Source of the DNA: the human T2T-CHM13v2.0 reference genome, Homo sapiens
Strand: one strand, 5' to 3'
DNA length: 64,000 nt
Assembly (NCBI RefSeq): GCF_009914755.1
Contig: NC_060926.1
This document shows positions 29,991 through 44,801 of the stretch, one piece after another (the first letter of the stretch is position 1; each line of letters opens with the position of its first letter). The translations under genes were made by a program, and so were the position numbers. The notes below the pieces were generated by a model. The model was given only the letters and a program-made list of their open reading frames with translations, searched no databases and was not told the origin of the DNA.

Positions 29991-32659
29991 ATGGGTGGTT
30001 TGGTAGATGGATGGTTAAAAGAACAATTTTTTAATACATAATAAATATGAGTTGAACCATGAGAAATGAAATTTATAGAGCACTGGTACAATAATGTGTA
30101 ATTTTCCTTTAAAATGTCTTTAAAATTCATTTAATAACTCATTAATTTTATTATGATACAAATAATAATAATGATGAAGTTGGGCAGCAAAGGTAATAAG
30201 GAGTTACATTATTGAGCACTTAATGTATGCTAGATAGTGTGCTATGCCCATTTATATTACTATTATACACGCCACTCTTAATTGCTTATTTTCTTACCAA
30301 GCTTGAGAAAAGAGAGTCAATCAGACTGTAGTGAGCCAGCTCCAGTTTCTGTTTCACTACCAAAACGATCTACTTTATAGCCTTTCATTTCTTGTCTTTA
30401 TCTATGCAATGGAGACAATATTTGCTGACTTTATAACAATATAGTTATGGGAAGTGAGGCAAGATGTTGAAAATTATTTTAAACTCAGACTACAGAAATT
30501 TGATATAAGCCATTCCTTTTCTAAATTGTAATTTATGTTCCTTCAATATCAGAAAATAATATTGCCTTCATTCATATCAAAAGTACTCCGTATCTGAATC
30601 TTTCATTCCAGCCGATCTGATATACTCACTATATTCCAAATAGTTCATGATGGCATGTGTGAAGAAAATAGTACATTGTGCATTTCTGCACTCTTCTTCC
30701 TAGTTTTAACCGACAATTTAGTTCTCGTGGTTCCCTTTTCTGACACCTTTATCTTTATAGAGTTTTTTAAAGTGACATTTGAACATATGTAAGTTACCTC
30801 AAATCTTTTTTGGAATAGGCTAGGGAGAAAATGAGACAGAAATTGTGAAAATAAAATGCCAGTCATAAGATAACTGAAAATAAATGAAGATTGGCTCACC
30901 TATCAGGTTATAATAATTTTTTTAACCACAACATTACGATTCCATAAGTCCGTAGGAAGAATTATTTCAAAAGAAATTTCCAAAAGGGCAAAAAGGGCAG
31001 AGTAGGAAACTTGAAAATTCATCTCCTCATAAATACAACACAAAAGCTAGGCAAACAACAACAAAAATCTTGTCTAATTTGACTTTTCTAGAATTCTGAA
31101 AACTAACTAAGATGCTGGAGAAATTGGGAGACCATTTGTTGAAGAAATACCTACTGAATCTTGGTAAGAACAATGAGCTTTGAGGTATTTACACTTACCC
31201 CGGTTCCATCCCATACTCCTCATCTTAGTGATGGTAGTCATGAAAATGTACTGTATTTCTAGTACAAGTAATCAGTGCTGGAGGGAGCAAAACAGACCTC
31301 ACTCACAAATAATTGTTTTAGCCCACCTGGTAGCTCCCTGAAAGACCTGCTTAAAGTCAAGCTAAAAGTGCTTGCCTTAATGTCTCATAACTTGGAACTC
31401 TCCCAGTGCTGAGGTTGCTACCCCAAGGATGTTTGTCAAAAATGTTCACAGGCAAATATAATAGTCACTGTTTCCTGGGGGAGTGAATAGAAGTTGGGGC
31501 AAAAAAAAATAGATTAATTAAAAGCTTAGGATGAAAGGCTGGAGATTGAAATGCTTTGGGGAATAAAGGCTTTGAAAATTTCACATATTCTGGGAATCCA
31601 GAGGGCCACACGTAGGTACAGGGCAGTGCAAATCCTCAGGAAAAACCGAAAAAGGCATTAATCTCTCGCCACTGACTAACCTTCGGTCTCTGCGCTGGCA
31701 AGAAGTGAATGCTAAGGCAGGGATGGTACACGGCCTCACTAGAGTTTAACACACAGAAGCCCATCTCAAAATTCTGGGAGATGTTTTTGGTTCCAGGCAA
31801 GTATAGAAATCTCTGTCCAATCACTAGCTGACTACTAACCTCACAGAAAAGAGATGTTATTGACCACACATGACAAAGAATACAGACTTTATGATATTAA
31901 TTCAGAAAAGTCACTAAACAAACAATCACCATAACAAGCAGAACATGAAACTCTGGAGAAGAGAAAAACCTGAATTCCATGCTTGCTACATTATAATTCT
32001 CAAAATGTCCAGTTTTCAACAACAAACACAACAGGCATTAGACGTGCCAACAAACAAGAAGGTATATTCCATGCACAGGAAAAGAAGCCATTCATATAAA
32101 CTGCCTCTGATTAACCTGAGACATTGGTCTTAGCAGACAAATCCTTTAAATCAGCTATTTTAAGTGTGTTCAATGAACTAAAGAAAATCTTGCCCAAGGA
32201 ACTGAAGAAAATAATGATAACAATGTATCACCAAATAGAGAGTATCAATAAAGAGAAAGAAATTTAAGAAATGAATCAAGTAGAAATTCTGAAGCTAAAA
32301 AGTACACATTTAAGGTACTGAAAAAAAAACTATCAACCAAGAAAATAAGGCATTCCATAATAAATAAAAACAGTTTTCACTAATAGACTTGTCCTAAAAG
32401 AAATGCTAAAGGGAGTACTTCAGACTGAAACTAATGGACACTAGACAGCTACTTGAATCCACACAAAGAAATTAAGAACATGGTTAATAGTAAATAAATA
32501 GGCATTATAAAAGTATTATGTAAAAGTCATTATAAATGCATTTATTGTTTTAACTCCTCTATTTTGCTATCTGATTTAAAAGACAATAGCAAGAACAATA
32601 ATTATAAATCTATGCTAGTGGACACACAATATAAAAAGACAATTTATGGCAGTAACATA

Positions 32660-32945
32660 AAGTTTCAGTTAGGATGAATAAGCTCTAGAGATGTAGCATA
32701 CAGCACAGTGACTATAGTTAGGAATTATGTATTGTACACCTGAAAATTGGTAAGAGAGTAGATCTCAAATGTTCTCATAACAAAAAAATGATAAGCATGT
32801 GAGGTAATGAAGATGTTAGCCTGATTTAACCATCTTACAATATGTACATATATCAGAACATCATGTTATACACCGTGTATGCATACATATACATTTTTTG
32901 TCAGTTATACTTGTAAAAGCTGAGAAAATAAAATTAAATAAAGAA
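32660..32945 (+). mobile_element. Separate L1MA-type 3' end fragment
   Basis: aagtttcagttaggatgaataagctctagag...agagagtagatctcaaatgttctc, with an A-rich end. Confidence 0.7.
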
Positions 32946-33611
32946 TTCGAGTTCAGAAATAAATCCTAGTACTTATGTTCAGTTGATTTCAACCAAAGTG
33001 CTGAGACCACTCAGTAAAGAAAGAATAGTCTTTTCAACAAACAGTGCTGAGACAATATAATATCGAAAAGAAAAACAAGGAGTTTGGGCCGCTATCTCTC
33101 ACTACATAGAAAAACTAACTCATAATGGATCAAACGCCTAAATGTAAGACCTAAAACTACAAAACTCTGAAAAGAAAATATACGTGCAAATTTCATATAT
33201 TTGAATTAGGTAGTGGTTTCTTAAGTATGACTCCAAAAGCACAAGCAGCAAAAGAAAAAAATGGTAAACTAAATTTAATCAAAATTAAACTTTTTATATA
33301 TTGAAATATATTATCGAGGAAGTAAAAAAAGACCCATGAAATGAGAAATAACGTTTGCAAATAATATATCTCATAAGGGTTTAATATCCAGAATATGTAA
33401 AGACCATAAAATTCAACACCGATAAGATAAACAACACAATTGAAAAATCAGCAAGTGATCTGGATAAGCGTTTCTCCAAAGAGGATATACAAATGAACAG
33501 CAAGCACTTGAAAAGATGCTCAGCATCATTAGTCATTAGAGAAATGCAAATCAAAACCACAGTGAGATACCACTTCATACCCACTAGAATGGCTAAGAAA
33601 AATGGAAAACA

Positions 33612-33909
33612 GGCCGGGCGTGGTGGCTCACACCTATAATCCTAGCACTTTGGGATGCCAAGGCAGGCAGATCACTTGAGGTCAGGAGTTCGAGACCAGC
33701 CTAGCCAAAATGGCGAAACCCCGTCTCTACTCAAAATACAAAAATTAGCCGGACGCGGTGGCAGGCACCTGTAATCCCAGCTACTCAGGAGGCTTAGGCA
33801 GGAGAATCACTTGAACCTGGGAGGCGGAGGTTGCAGTGGGCTGAGATCTTGCCTCTGCACTACAGCCTGGGTGACAGAGGGAGACTCCATCTCAAAAAAA
33901 AAAAAAAAA
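33612..33909 (+). mobile_element. AluS
   Basis: Full dimer with poly-A, inside the L1. Confidence 0.96.
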
Positions 33910-35571
33910 GGAAAATATTAAGTGTTGGTGGGCACGTGAGAGAACTGCACCCCTGATCCATCATTATTGGGAGTATAAAATGATGCAGCCACTGTGGAAA
34001 ACAATTAGGCAGTTCCAAAACCTAAACGTAAAGTTATTATGTGACACAGTAATACCACTCCCAGATAAAGCTCAGGCGACTGAAAATAGTTGTTCATAAG
34101 AAAACTCATGTTTAGAGCAGCATTATTCACAGTAGCCAAAAGGTGGAAATAATCCAAATGGCCATCAGCTGATGAATGGGTAAACAATATGTGGTATGTT
34201 CATGTAATGGAATATTATTCAGCCACAAAAAGCAACACAGTACTAGCACACGCTACAATATCCATGAACTCTGAAAAATTATCCTAAATGAAAGATGCCA
34301 GACACAAAGGTCACATATTGTACGATTCCATTATTGTGAAATGTCCAGAATAAATAGACAAATTCATGGAGACATAAAGCAGATTAGTGGTTGCAAGTGG
34401 CAGGAGCTGAGAGGAATTGGTAGTGACGGATTAATGGATTTTCTTCCAAGAGTGATGAAAATGTTCTACAATTAGATTGTTGTGATAATTAGACACCATT
34501 GTGATTTTACTAAAGACCACTGAATTTTACATTTTTAAATCGTTAAAATGGTAAATTTTATCCCTGTTTTTAAACATTTACAAAAAAATTTCCAATACAA
34601 GTTTTCAATATACATACTAATATGGAAAACAATGAGAATATATTTCATGGCTTGTTGTGCATTCTATGTGAGGTTTGTTTGATGAAAACACCTTTCTTTT
34701 CAACTATTGGTCTGAAACTCACAATCATGTTAAATCAGGTTTTCCCAATATCCATTTGTAGAGTCTAGTACAGTACATTTTTACTAGGATATAAGCATTT
34801 TGAGGATACAAATATTTCTTGTTTAGTTAACTGTTTGCAACTAGCTTATTGACTTACAAATAATGAGCATATCAATAAGTAGTTGTTTAATAAATTTATT
34901 AATTTCCTGGCTTGGGGGAAGGAAGGTAACATATTATCATTGGCAGTGCTTTGTCGAATTCTTGCCTTCAGATTTGAATACAAAAAATATGATTTATTGT
35001 CATAGCTACAAGTAGGATAGAGCAGCTAATATGTTAGGTTCACAGAGATCAGTCAATTGATAAATACGATATTATACTAAGACTTGAATTAACTTAATCT
35101 TCAGAAACCCGTGGAAGCTTTACTTTATGTAATATGATTATTATTATCATCTTTGATTTCAGTATTAAATGCTTTGTGGCTCCTTAGAGTCCTAGAACAA
35201 TGTAAAAGAAGGTAGAGAGGAGGTCCACTTTCATATAAGTGAGAATTTTTAGCTGTCAGATAGTTGACATTAATGAACTTCACATTTATCTCTTCCTAAC
35301 AGCAATTTTTAAGCATATATCTGTTAATCTAGGTCTTTCATTATTTCCATACATAAGCCCATTGCAAAACTCACCAAATGACACAGTAGACTGTCCCTTC
35401 AATAATATTATTAGAAAAAAAGTGCACTGTTGGGTTCATTTTTTGTAGTTTCTTGTAGCAACCTTAGTTAAACTAAAGCTGGAACTAAACAACTAAAGTT
35501 TACTTGCTTAATTTAACCTTCAGTCTATGATATTCTCATGTCTGATCTTTATTTTAGAAATACATATTATA

Positions 35572-35899
<328 letters not shown>

Positions 35900-37310
35900 T
35901 CACAATATAATAGGTTTGGATTTTACCTTTTATTATATTTCTTTCCTCAAATATTATTATTTTATTTCAGCACTCCTTTTGAATTGCCCACTCTGCTTTA
36001 ACAATAATGCTGTTGTTTATTTGTATGGTGCCTGAAATAAACCATGCTATTGGTCTACCTTGGCTGCCATTTCTTATTTCTCATCCAACCTGTTTTCTTT
36101 CAAAGAGGCTAGCTCTTATTAAAGAAAGATGACACCAACTAGTAATGTTTTGACTACTTTAGACTCCTGAAAACTGTGTTTTCCATCATTCTCTTGAACT
36201 TCCATAAAGCTTGTCCTGGTTTTAATCTAATTTTCATAAGTTACAGAGCTATGCAACTCAACACAAGAAGCAATACTAATAAAACTGACTCCAAAGACTA
36301 CCACTGGAAATGTTTTGTTGTTTTGAATCTTACTATGTCATTCTTGGAAAAAGTGGCTTTCATTTCCAATGAGGGTAGATTTCACTTTGTTTGAAAAAGT
36401 GGTAGAAGAAAACGACAGGCGAAGAACCACTTAAACAGGTCACTTTGAAGGAGTTCTTTATACTTGAAATTCTATTCTCTCAAGTTCATAATTTTTATAA
36501 TTGAAATATAAAATATTTTATTTTCATAGTAAACCTCAAAAATAAAATTAATATCTCATGAGCAAACTATCTGAAAATGTTCATGTATTGCTAGTTGTCC
36601 AAGAGTAGTTTGAAGATGACTCATTGCAACACTGGTAGAACGGGCATCATTTGTCTGCCACCCAGTTCTAGAATGAAGAGCCGACTGCATTTTGTTGCAC
36701 CCAAGACACTATGAGGAAGGATTTGCTCACAATTTTGTAATTGAATTCATTAAAATTTTTACTCTCATAAATATTTGCTATCATTTAGAGTTTCCTGTCA
36801 TATAAAAAATGTAGAGTTTTGAAGATACACCAAAAATGTGTCATATTGGACTCACTCTTAAAAATTAATTAATCATGCAGCATGTAAAACATATAGAAAT
36901 TATAAAGGATGTAAAAATGAAAACAAAAAATGGAAATTATAAAGAATGCAATAGTCATATCTACTACCTAGCTTAATAAATAATATATTGCCAAAGGTCA
37001 AAATATTTGTTGTTTCTTTCTTCCTGAACATCAGCCTCTGCAGTAAACTTGTTTCTGTATATGACTGTCTTAAATTTCCCTGCATGTTTATTGCATACAT
37101 ACGGATCCTTAAACAACATCCGGGGGTTGGAGGGTGAGGCAGGGCATATAGTCTATAATTTGCAGAAAATATATATGAGTCAAGGATACTATTGTGTGGA
37201 GACCAGCATGAGCAAAAGAATAGACCCAGAGTCATTGAGGTACTATTATGTGTAGGGTCTGGTAAACATGGGTCACTGAAGGCACACCATAATTATAGGT
37301 TCTGAATAGC

Positions 37311-37598
37311 TTTTTTTTCTTCTTCTTCTTCTTTCAAGAGACAAGGTCTTGCTCTGTCACTCAGGCTGGAGTGCAATGGCACCATCATAGCCTGGGTTCA
37401 AGTGATGCTCCTACCTCAGCTCCCTCAGTAGCTAGGACTACAGGTGCATACCCCCACATCTTGCTATTTTTTTGTTTTTTTCTAGAGATTGGGTCTTCTG
37501 TGTTGTCCAGGTCTGTCTTGAACTCCTGGCCTCAAGTGATCCTCTAATTTAAACCCCCAAAAGTGCTGGGATCAGAGGCATAAGCCACTGGACCTGGT
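37311..37598 (-). mobile_element. AluJ with a small internal deletion
   Basis: Diverged antisense dimer with a (CTT)n tail. Confidence 0.9.
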
Positions 37599-39335
37599 TT
37601 ACAGGTCCTAAATATCTAAGAGCAATGCCAACGTAAGTCCAATGCTACACATCCTCTCTCTCCAAATGGCTCAAAATGGAGGCAAAGGAGTGGGACTCCA
37701 AGACAGAAGATGTGAGTGAATTAGAGGAGGAGGAGAAACAAAAGAAACAAATATGGGGATATCGGCTTATAGCCATGTCTACATTTACAACAACCCTGCT
37801 CTTTTACCTGCAACAAAATAATCTAAAACAGCTTATTAAAAATAGATTAGTTTTGTTTTATTACTATGGCATTAACCAGTATGTGTTCACAAATGAAGGC
37901 AGATTGGGAATAGACTTCGCTTCACTTTCAAGGTTCCTTTCCTCAATTAAGTCTAAAAGAGGAGAACTATTTCCCCACTCCCTCATCCCCATGAAAAACA
38001 AAAGAAAAGAAAAAATTCTGTATCTTTAATTTTTTTCTACCAAAGCTGATACCTGAAAATCTTTTACAGCTGCATCTGCTATTTCCTGCTCAGCCCTTTC
38101 TTAACTCTCTTAGATATGAGCTAAAAGAAAATATGCCCAGATACCACCTTACCCTAGCAGCATATTCTCTACCTGCCTTACCCACTCTGTGTGCCAACCC
38201 ACTTGTTCTGATGCCTGAGGTAGAAATAGTAGAGTTTTGGCTGCAAAATGCTTTCTTCTTGCATTTATTATAGATGACAAAAATATTTTGGAGTTAAATG
38301 GTGAGATGGAGGGATTTTTTTTTAGGTCTTATATTTGACTAAAGATTTGTGTTTCTTGCTTTGTGAAAATTTAATATTTTAACTGTATTCCAGCAGCCCT
38401 ATGAAAGTAGGTAAGGTAGATGTACTAAACCCATTAACATGATAAGGCAACCAGAGGCTCAGTGGATTGCTAAGATGGTGAATTGCTTTTTTACTAGGTG
38501 AAATTATATTTTTATGGAAAGGACAGAAGGAGCAGAGTTTGTTTTGGTCTTTTGCTTCGTTTTTTGTAAATGTGCATGTGTTAGCAAAAACACAAAGCAG
38601 CAAGAAACCAAGGATGTGGTAAATTATTCACTTTATGACTTCAAAGAGCTTCTCTTTTATGACTAGCAGCCTCACAGATCAATAGATAACGGGTGTAAAT
38701 AAGAGTCATAGAATTTAGGAGTTGGACAAGGCTTTGAAGGTTATTCAGGACAACCCCTCATAAGGAGTTATGTTGGTCCAATATTGCTTGGAAAAGATGG
38801 GCTAGGCCAGACCTTCCAGTCTAGTCTGAGTTTGAGTTTGTGTGAGAAGTTTGACTGGAACTAGGTACAAGCCTACTTTTTCTTTGATTTACTTACAGAG
38901 TAGGAAATAAGAAGGGCAAAGATTGCCAAAGAACTAAGAATGCTTTGAGGGTTAAAATTTCTGCTGCGTTCGCACTGGGGCACTCTTGTACCTGCGATTG
39001 CTCTGCGGGGCTTAGGAGATTTCCCATATTGCCCAGTATGGGCAGAATTGTCCACAACCTGCCACAAGAACTAACCCAGACTCTGCGAGAACATTCCCCC
39101 ACAATGGGTAGTTGATATCATAGAGCTTTCTTTCTCACTGTAGGAAACCCTAATTTGTCAACCTTTCTTCTACTGCTTTATATTGAAAGCAAGGCTAGCT
39201 TTTAATCATAAAGGGACAAAAAAAAAAAAAAAAAGGCACACTCCTAGTTAACACCCAGCTTCTACTGCTCTTTTAGAAGTCCCTTTGTTTCATGGAGACC
39301 AGAAAAAACCATTTACATTTCCAACTCTTTGTCTT

Positions 39336-39631
39336 TTTTATTTTATTTTATTTTATTTTTCACTCGGTCTCCCAAACTAGACTGCAGTGGCGTGATCTCG
39401 GTTCACTGCAACCTCCGCCTCCTGGATTCAAGCGCTTCTCATGCCTCAGCCTCCTGAGTCGCTGGGATTACAGGCACCTGCCACCACGCCCGGCTAATTT
39501 TTGTATTTTGAGTACAGACGGGGTTTCGCCATGTTGGCAAGGCTGGTCTTGAACTCCTGACCTCAAAGTGATCCTCCCACCTCAACCTCCCAAAGTGCAG
39601 GGATTACAGACGTGAGCTACCGTGCCCGGAC
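39336..39631 (-). mobile_element. AluS
   Basis: Antisense dimer. TSD tctttgtctt at 39326-39335 and 39632-39641. Confidence 0.95.
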
Positions 39632-40035
39632 TCTTTGTCTTATTTTTGCAGCCTGAAACAAAGAAAAAGTCAACAATCTTTTTTTTTTATTTTTTTATTT
39701 TTTGCAAGCCAGCCCTTCAAATACTTAAATGAATTATCTCTATTTCACAACCATTCACAGCCTTGGTCTTCATCTTTGTTTTTTGTTTTTCTTGTCCCCA
39801 AATCCCGACACATCTTCTCCCATGATACAACTCCCTATTCTGTTGAGTGCCTTCAGCGGAACACTCTCCAGTGTGTCACTGCCATTATAAAACGCAGATC
39901 TCTTAGTGACCCCAGGTGAATCTCAATCCTTCCCCCTGAATAGCACGTTTCAACTAGGAATCCATTCGTGTCTATCTTGGTAATCCTATACAGTCAGTCA
40001 TTCCGCTGAGGGTTCCACCTAAGGGTGACCCCAAA

Positions 40036-40172
40036 CGAAGGGAGGGAGGAAGGAGAAAGAAAACAAAGGTGAAAGAAAGAACAAATACAGAAATATAAGG
40101 AAGAAAGAAAAAGATAAAAAGAAAGAAGAGGGAGGAACAGAAGGAAAGATTTAAAAAGAAGAAGAAGAAGAA
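40036..40172. repeat. GA-rich low-complexity tract
   Basis: Almost all purines on the + strand. Confidence 0.8.
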
Positions 40173-40309
40173 TGCATCTACTTTAGCATATTTTCTTAAT
40201 AAATCACGCAAGTTTTAAAGAGTCCCCCTCTTTTATCTTCTAAGGTCTCACAAACTATTTGATAAACATTACAGTAGGTATTTCTTTTTTTTTTTTTTTT
40301 GCCTATATA

Positions 40310-40833
40310 ATATGCACTCTCTTTTTTCTCTAATACCAATATCCTAATTTCCTAATGAATCCAGGCTCCGTCACTCCTAGGACAAGTGCTTTGTGTGGCA
40401 GAGCTGTGTCCAATGCTAGCTTTGTAGACACATGGTATGCTGTTCTGAACAATCAGATCACTTTATTTCTCCAACCATGACAACTGGTTCAGAGATGGAC
40501 ATCTGACCTATTCAGAGCCATTCAGAATTAACCTCAGTTTTTATTGAGAAAACCAGAATAGATTCTATTTCAACACGATTTGGAAGAAATCTTGGGAACA
40601 TTAGTGACCTCAACAGGAAAAAAAAAAAAAAAAAAAGCAAACGTGGAAGAAAAATAAGCTGATGGCGGGGACGGGAAGGAGCCAGGAGATAAAAACAGCT
40701 TCCTGATAGCTGGAAATAGACAAAGCAAGCTGAGGTTAGTTCTACTGGAGACGTTTTCCCTTACTGATCTTTTTTGTTTAAGCCTCTTGTAGCTGAGTTT
40801 CTTTTATTTGCAACAGAAAGAGACATGTCTAAT
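40310..40833 (+). mobile_element. Old MaLR LTR (MLT1K/L-like)
   Basis: tggttcagagatggacatctgaccta and the end ttgtttaagcc...tttgcaacagaaagag...ctaata. Confidence 0.6.
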
Positions 40834-41243
40834 ATTTATTTTCCCAAAATATGCATCAAATTTCACTTCTTTCCAAATTGATTATTTCCAGTTTAAAACA
40901 TGAGGATGATGCGTGCACATCTTTAGTACTCTCAATGTTTCCAACCCTTATCTTCAATGTAATTTACTAACAATTATTTAAAGCTCCCTCTCTCACTATT
41001 GTAAGCTACACGAAGGCAGAAAGCATCACTTATTTTAATGACCCTTATAGTTTAGTGCAGTGCCAGGCACTTAGTTAACACACCATATAAATGTCTAGAT
41101 AGATAGATATATAGAGGTAGGTGATAAAGAAATTTATATATATATATACACTATATATATAGTATATATAAAGAAATACATATATAATATATGCATGTGA
41201 TAGAACGAAAGAAAGGATAGGTAGATTTATCGATAGGTATAAA

Positions 41244-41527
41244 GCCCGTGGGCTGTGACTTATGCCTGTAATTCTAGCAATTTGGGCGGCCGAGGCAGGT
41301 GGATCACTTTAGCCCAGGAGTTTGAGACCACCATGGACAACGTGACAAAACCCTGTTTCTATAAAATATACGAAAATTAGCTGGGTGTGGTGGCATATGC
41401 CTGTAGTCCCAGCACTCGGGAGGATGAGACGGAAGGATCCCTTGAGCCTGGAACTTCGAGACTGCAGTGAGCGGAGACTGTGCCACTGCATTCCAACCTG
41501 GGCAACACAGTGAAATCCTGTCTCAAA
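41244..41527 (+). mobile_element. AluJ within a TAGA/TA-rich tract
   Basis: Diverged dimer with AluJ-type cttgagcctggaacttcgagactgcag. Confidence 0.9.
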
Positions 41528-43058
41528 TTGATAGATAGAATAATAGAAATAATTAAATGAACGTTATGTCAACTTCCCTATGGTCTATACATCTTCAGCC
41601 TTTAATAGCGTTTGCTTTGGGAGCTCATTCACAACATCTTTTATTATTCTGACAGGTTTCATTGGATCACGTTCTCCTGAATGATTTTCCCCTTCTCCCT
41701 TTATCCTGGGTTATCAGTTTTTCTAACTAAAGAATGTTCATTTTATGCTAGGAAGCTGAGCTCAGAGAGATGCTCCTCAAATTTTTAATCTTAGAAAATT
41801 TTCTGGGAAACCTATGGACAAGGTGCTCACCTCGCTTGCAAGAACAAGCTTAGTATATTCACAATCATACATTTCATTGTCTCTCTGAGGGTCAATGTTT
41901 CTTGCTGAAGCTCATAATGGATTTGAAAATCCTTGTAATGCCTAACTCCCCTTTAAACAATTAACCAGAGTCTCTTGGTTCCCTTGGAGACTATTCTAAG
42001 ACTTAAAATTGTTTTTCTTCTCCCCTGCCCACACTGCAGCTAAAAGCTATGAATTACCACAATAAACAATATTGAGAAATGTCAAAAATCATCATTTCAT
42101 CCCATGGAAAATAATCAAAGAGCAAAGATAGAGATTCCCTTCCTATTTATGCACTTGTTTAAGAAGTGTCTGACCTCTGTGGGATCTTCTGGGAAAACTT
42201 TGATATTTTGACTATTCGTTATTAAAAATTCATAGATAGAGATGAAAATGAATCATTTACTTTTTTTCAATCATACCAAAATTGGCCAAATGGCTTTTGC
42301 AGCTGACAGTTTCCAGTTATTCTTTGTGATGGAAAAGGGCTATCAATTTATGAAGGAGGAGGCATGATAGTGACATCCATAATAAAATTTAAGCAATAAT
42401 CTGTACACAAATAACATATTTATCATCCCTCATGCAAAAGCTAAGCCATTTGCAATTTGTAAACTTACATTAAGTTCAAAATAAAGAAATTTTAAAAATG
42501 CATGCTAGTTAAATAAAATGCACAGTGTTTATAATTGGGAAACATAATATCAATAATGATGATGGTGATGATTATAGAGAGAAATTATATAGGTTTAAAA
42601 GTATGCCAGGCCCTCTAATAAGTGCTTTATGTAAATTGATTCATTTACTCCTTCCAAAGATCATTTGAGGCAGGTAATCAGCTAGGAAAAATATTCTACA
42701 GAGTATGCAGTAGGCACAGCAAGTGCCAAGGGTCTGAGGTGAGAATGAGCACAGCATGTTGAAGAAGCTAAAAGACAGAGTAGATAATATGTCTTTTACA
42801 TAACAATATTTTATATCAATTTTCATTTCCTTTCTAGTACAAGATTATTTAGAATATTAAAATTTTCAGTTAAAATTGTTTTTTTTCCCTTGGCTATTCT
42901 TTTCTGTTGTTTTTTTTAAATATTTTGTTTCCATAATGTGGACTCAATTTTCAGTTTCATATAATTTGTTTTTATTTTAATTTTGAAATAATATATTAAA
43001 ATTTAAAATATTATTTCATGAGTGTTGGAAAAACTGTATTGTTGTTTTAAGATTACAG

Positions 43059-43061
<3 letters not shown>

Positions 43062-43106
<45 letters not shown>

Positions 43107-43111
43107 GTGTG
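43062..43111. repeat. (TG)n microsatellite
   Basis: Seen directly. Confidence 0.95.
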
Positions 43112-43301
43112 CATGGCTACCAAATCAAATTTTTAGTAGTTTGAATTTTGCTATTCCTCTTTGAGTCTAATGTCAAATAAATTTTGTATGAAGTATCTTT
43201 AAGGCTCTAACATTTAAGGATCAGTAAATTTGTCTTTGTATTTCCATGAGCTTAATTTTGTATATTTTGATGCTGCATTTTAAAAATAAGTTACACTCAA
43301 G

Positions 43302-44801
43302 TTTTGTTTTTTATTGTATTTTAAGTTCCAGGATACATGTGTAGAATGTGCAGGTTTGTTACATAGGTAAACATGTTCCATGGTGATTTGCTGTACCTAT
43401 CAACCCATCACCTAGGTATTAAGCCCAGCATGCATTAACTATTTTTCCTGATGCTTTCCTTCCCCCTGCACACTGCTCCCACCCCTCAACTGGCCCCAGT
43501 GTGTGTTGTTCTTCTCCCTGTGTCTACGTGTTCACATTGTTCAGCTCTCACTTATAAGTGAGAACACGCAGTGTTTGATTTTCTGTTCCTGTGCTAGTTT
43601 GCTGAGGATAATGGCTTCCAGCTCCATCCATGTCCCTGCAAAGGACATGATCTCATTCCTTTTTATGGCTGCATAGTATTCCATGGTGTATATGTACCAC
43701 ATTTTCTTTATCCAGTCTATTATTGATGGGCATTTGGGTTGACTCCATGTCTTTGCTACTGTGAATAGTGCTGCAATGAATATATGCATGCATGTATCTT
43801 TATAATAGAACAATTTATATTTCATTGGGTATATACCCAGTAATGGGATTGCTGGGTCAAATGGTATTTCTGGTTCTAGGTCTTTGAGGAAACACCACAC
43901 TGTCTTCCACAATGGTTAAACTAATTTACATTCCCACCAACACTGTAAAAGCGTTCCTATTGGTCCACAACCTCCCCAGCATCTGTTGTTTCTTGACTTT
44001 TTAATAATCACTATTTTGACTGTTGTGAGATGTTATCTCACTGTGGTTTTTATTTGCATTTCTCTAATGATCAATGATGTTGAGCTTTTCTTCATATGTT
44101 TGTTGGCTGTGTAAATGTCTTCTTTTGAGAAGTGTCTGTTCATGTCCTTCGTCCACTTTTTAATGGGGTTGTTTTTTCCTCGTAAATTTGTTTAAGTTTC
44201 TCATAGATTCTGGATATTAGGCCTTTGTCAGATGGAGAGATTGCAAAAATTTTCTCCCATTCTGTAGGTTGTCTGTTCAGACTGATGATAGTTTCTTTTG
44301 CTGTGCAGAAGCTCTTTAGTTTAATTAGATCCCTTTTGTCAATTTTTTGCTTTTGTTTCAATTGTTACCAAAAAAGAGCCCATATAGCCAACATAACCCT
44401 AAGCAAAAAGAACAAAGCTGGGGGCATCATGCTACCTGACTTCAAACTATACTACAAGGCTACAGTAACCAAAACAGCTTAGTACTGGTACAAAAACAGA
44501 CACACAGACCAATGAAACAGAATAGAGGACTCAGAAATAAGATTGCATGTCTATAACCATCTGATCTTCCACAAATCTGACAAAAACAAGCAATGGGGAA
44601 AGGATTCCCTGTTTAATAAATGGTGCTGGGAGAACTGGCTAGCCATATGCAGAAAATTGAATCTGGACCTCTTCCTTACACCTTATACAAAAATTAACTC
44701 AAGATGGATTAAAGACTTAATGTAAAATCCCAAACTATAAAAACCTAGAGGAAAACCTAGGCAATACCATTCAGGACATAGACAAGGGCAAAAATTTCAT
44801 G
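43302..44801 (-). mobile_element. L1PA (roughly PA8-PA10) with 5' inversion (antisense to ~44364, sense ~44367-44801)
   Basis: Minus-strand ORF2 peptides ([25 protein letters not shown]) switch to plus-strand ORF2 ([20 protein letters not shown]). TSD ttgatgctg(ca/tg)tttt at 43267-43281 and 44802-44816. Confidence 0.93.

Larger units (their letters stand above)
30984..34580 (+). mobile_element. L1MB-like element (5' region, ORF1 remnants, ORF2 3' part and 3' UTR) with nested insertions
   Basis: ORF2-end motifs (gaaatgcaaatcaaaaccacagtgagatacc), L1MB-type 3' UTR (agattagtggttgc...gtgatgaaaatgttct), and a possible TSD caaaa(g)aaatttccaa at ~30968-30983 and ~34581-34595. Confidence 0.75.

Noticed and set aside
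37676-38029. 117-aa ORF with an acidic start
   Set aside because: No recognisable domain, coding bias or splice context.
38960-39110. Local CpG enrichment with a small hairpin (cccatattgcccagtatggg)
   Set aside because: Too short for a CpG island. The stem is too small for an ncRNA call. It may be an ancient CR1/L3 relic.
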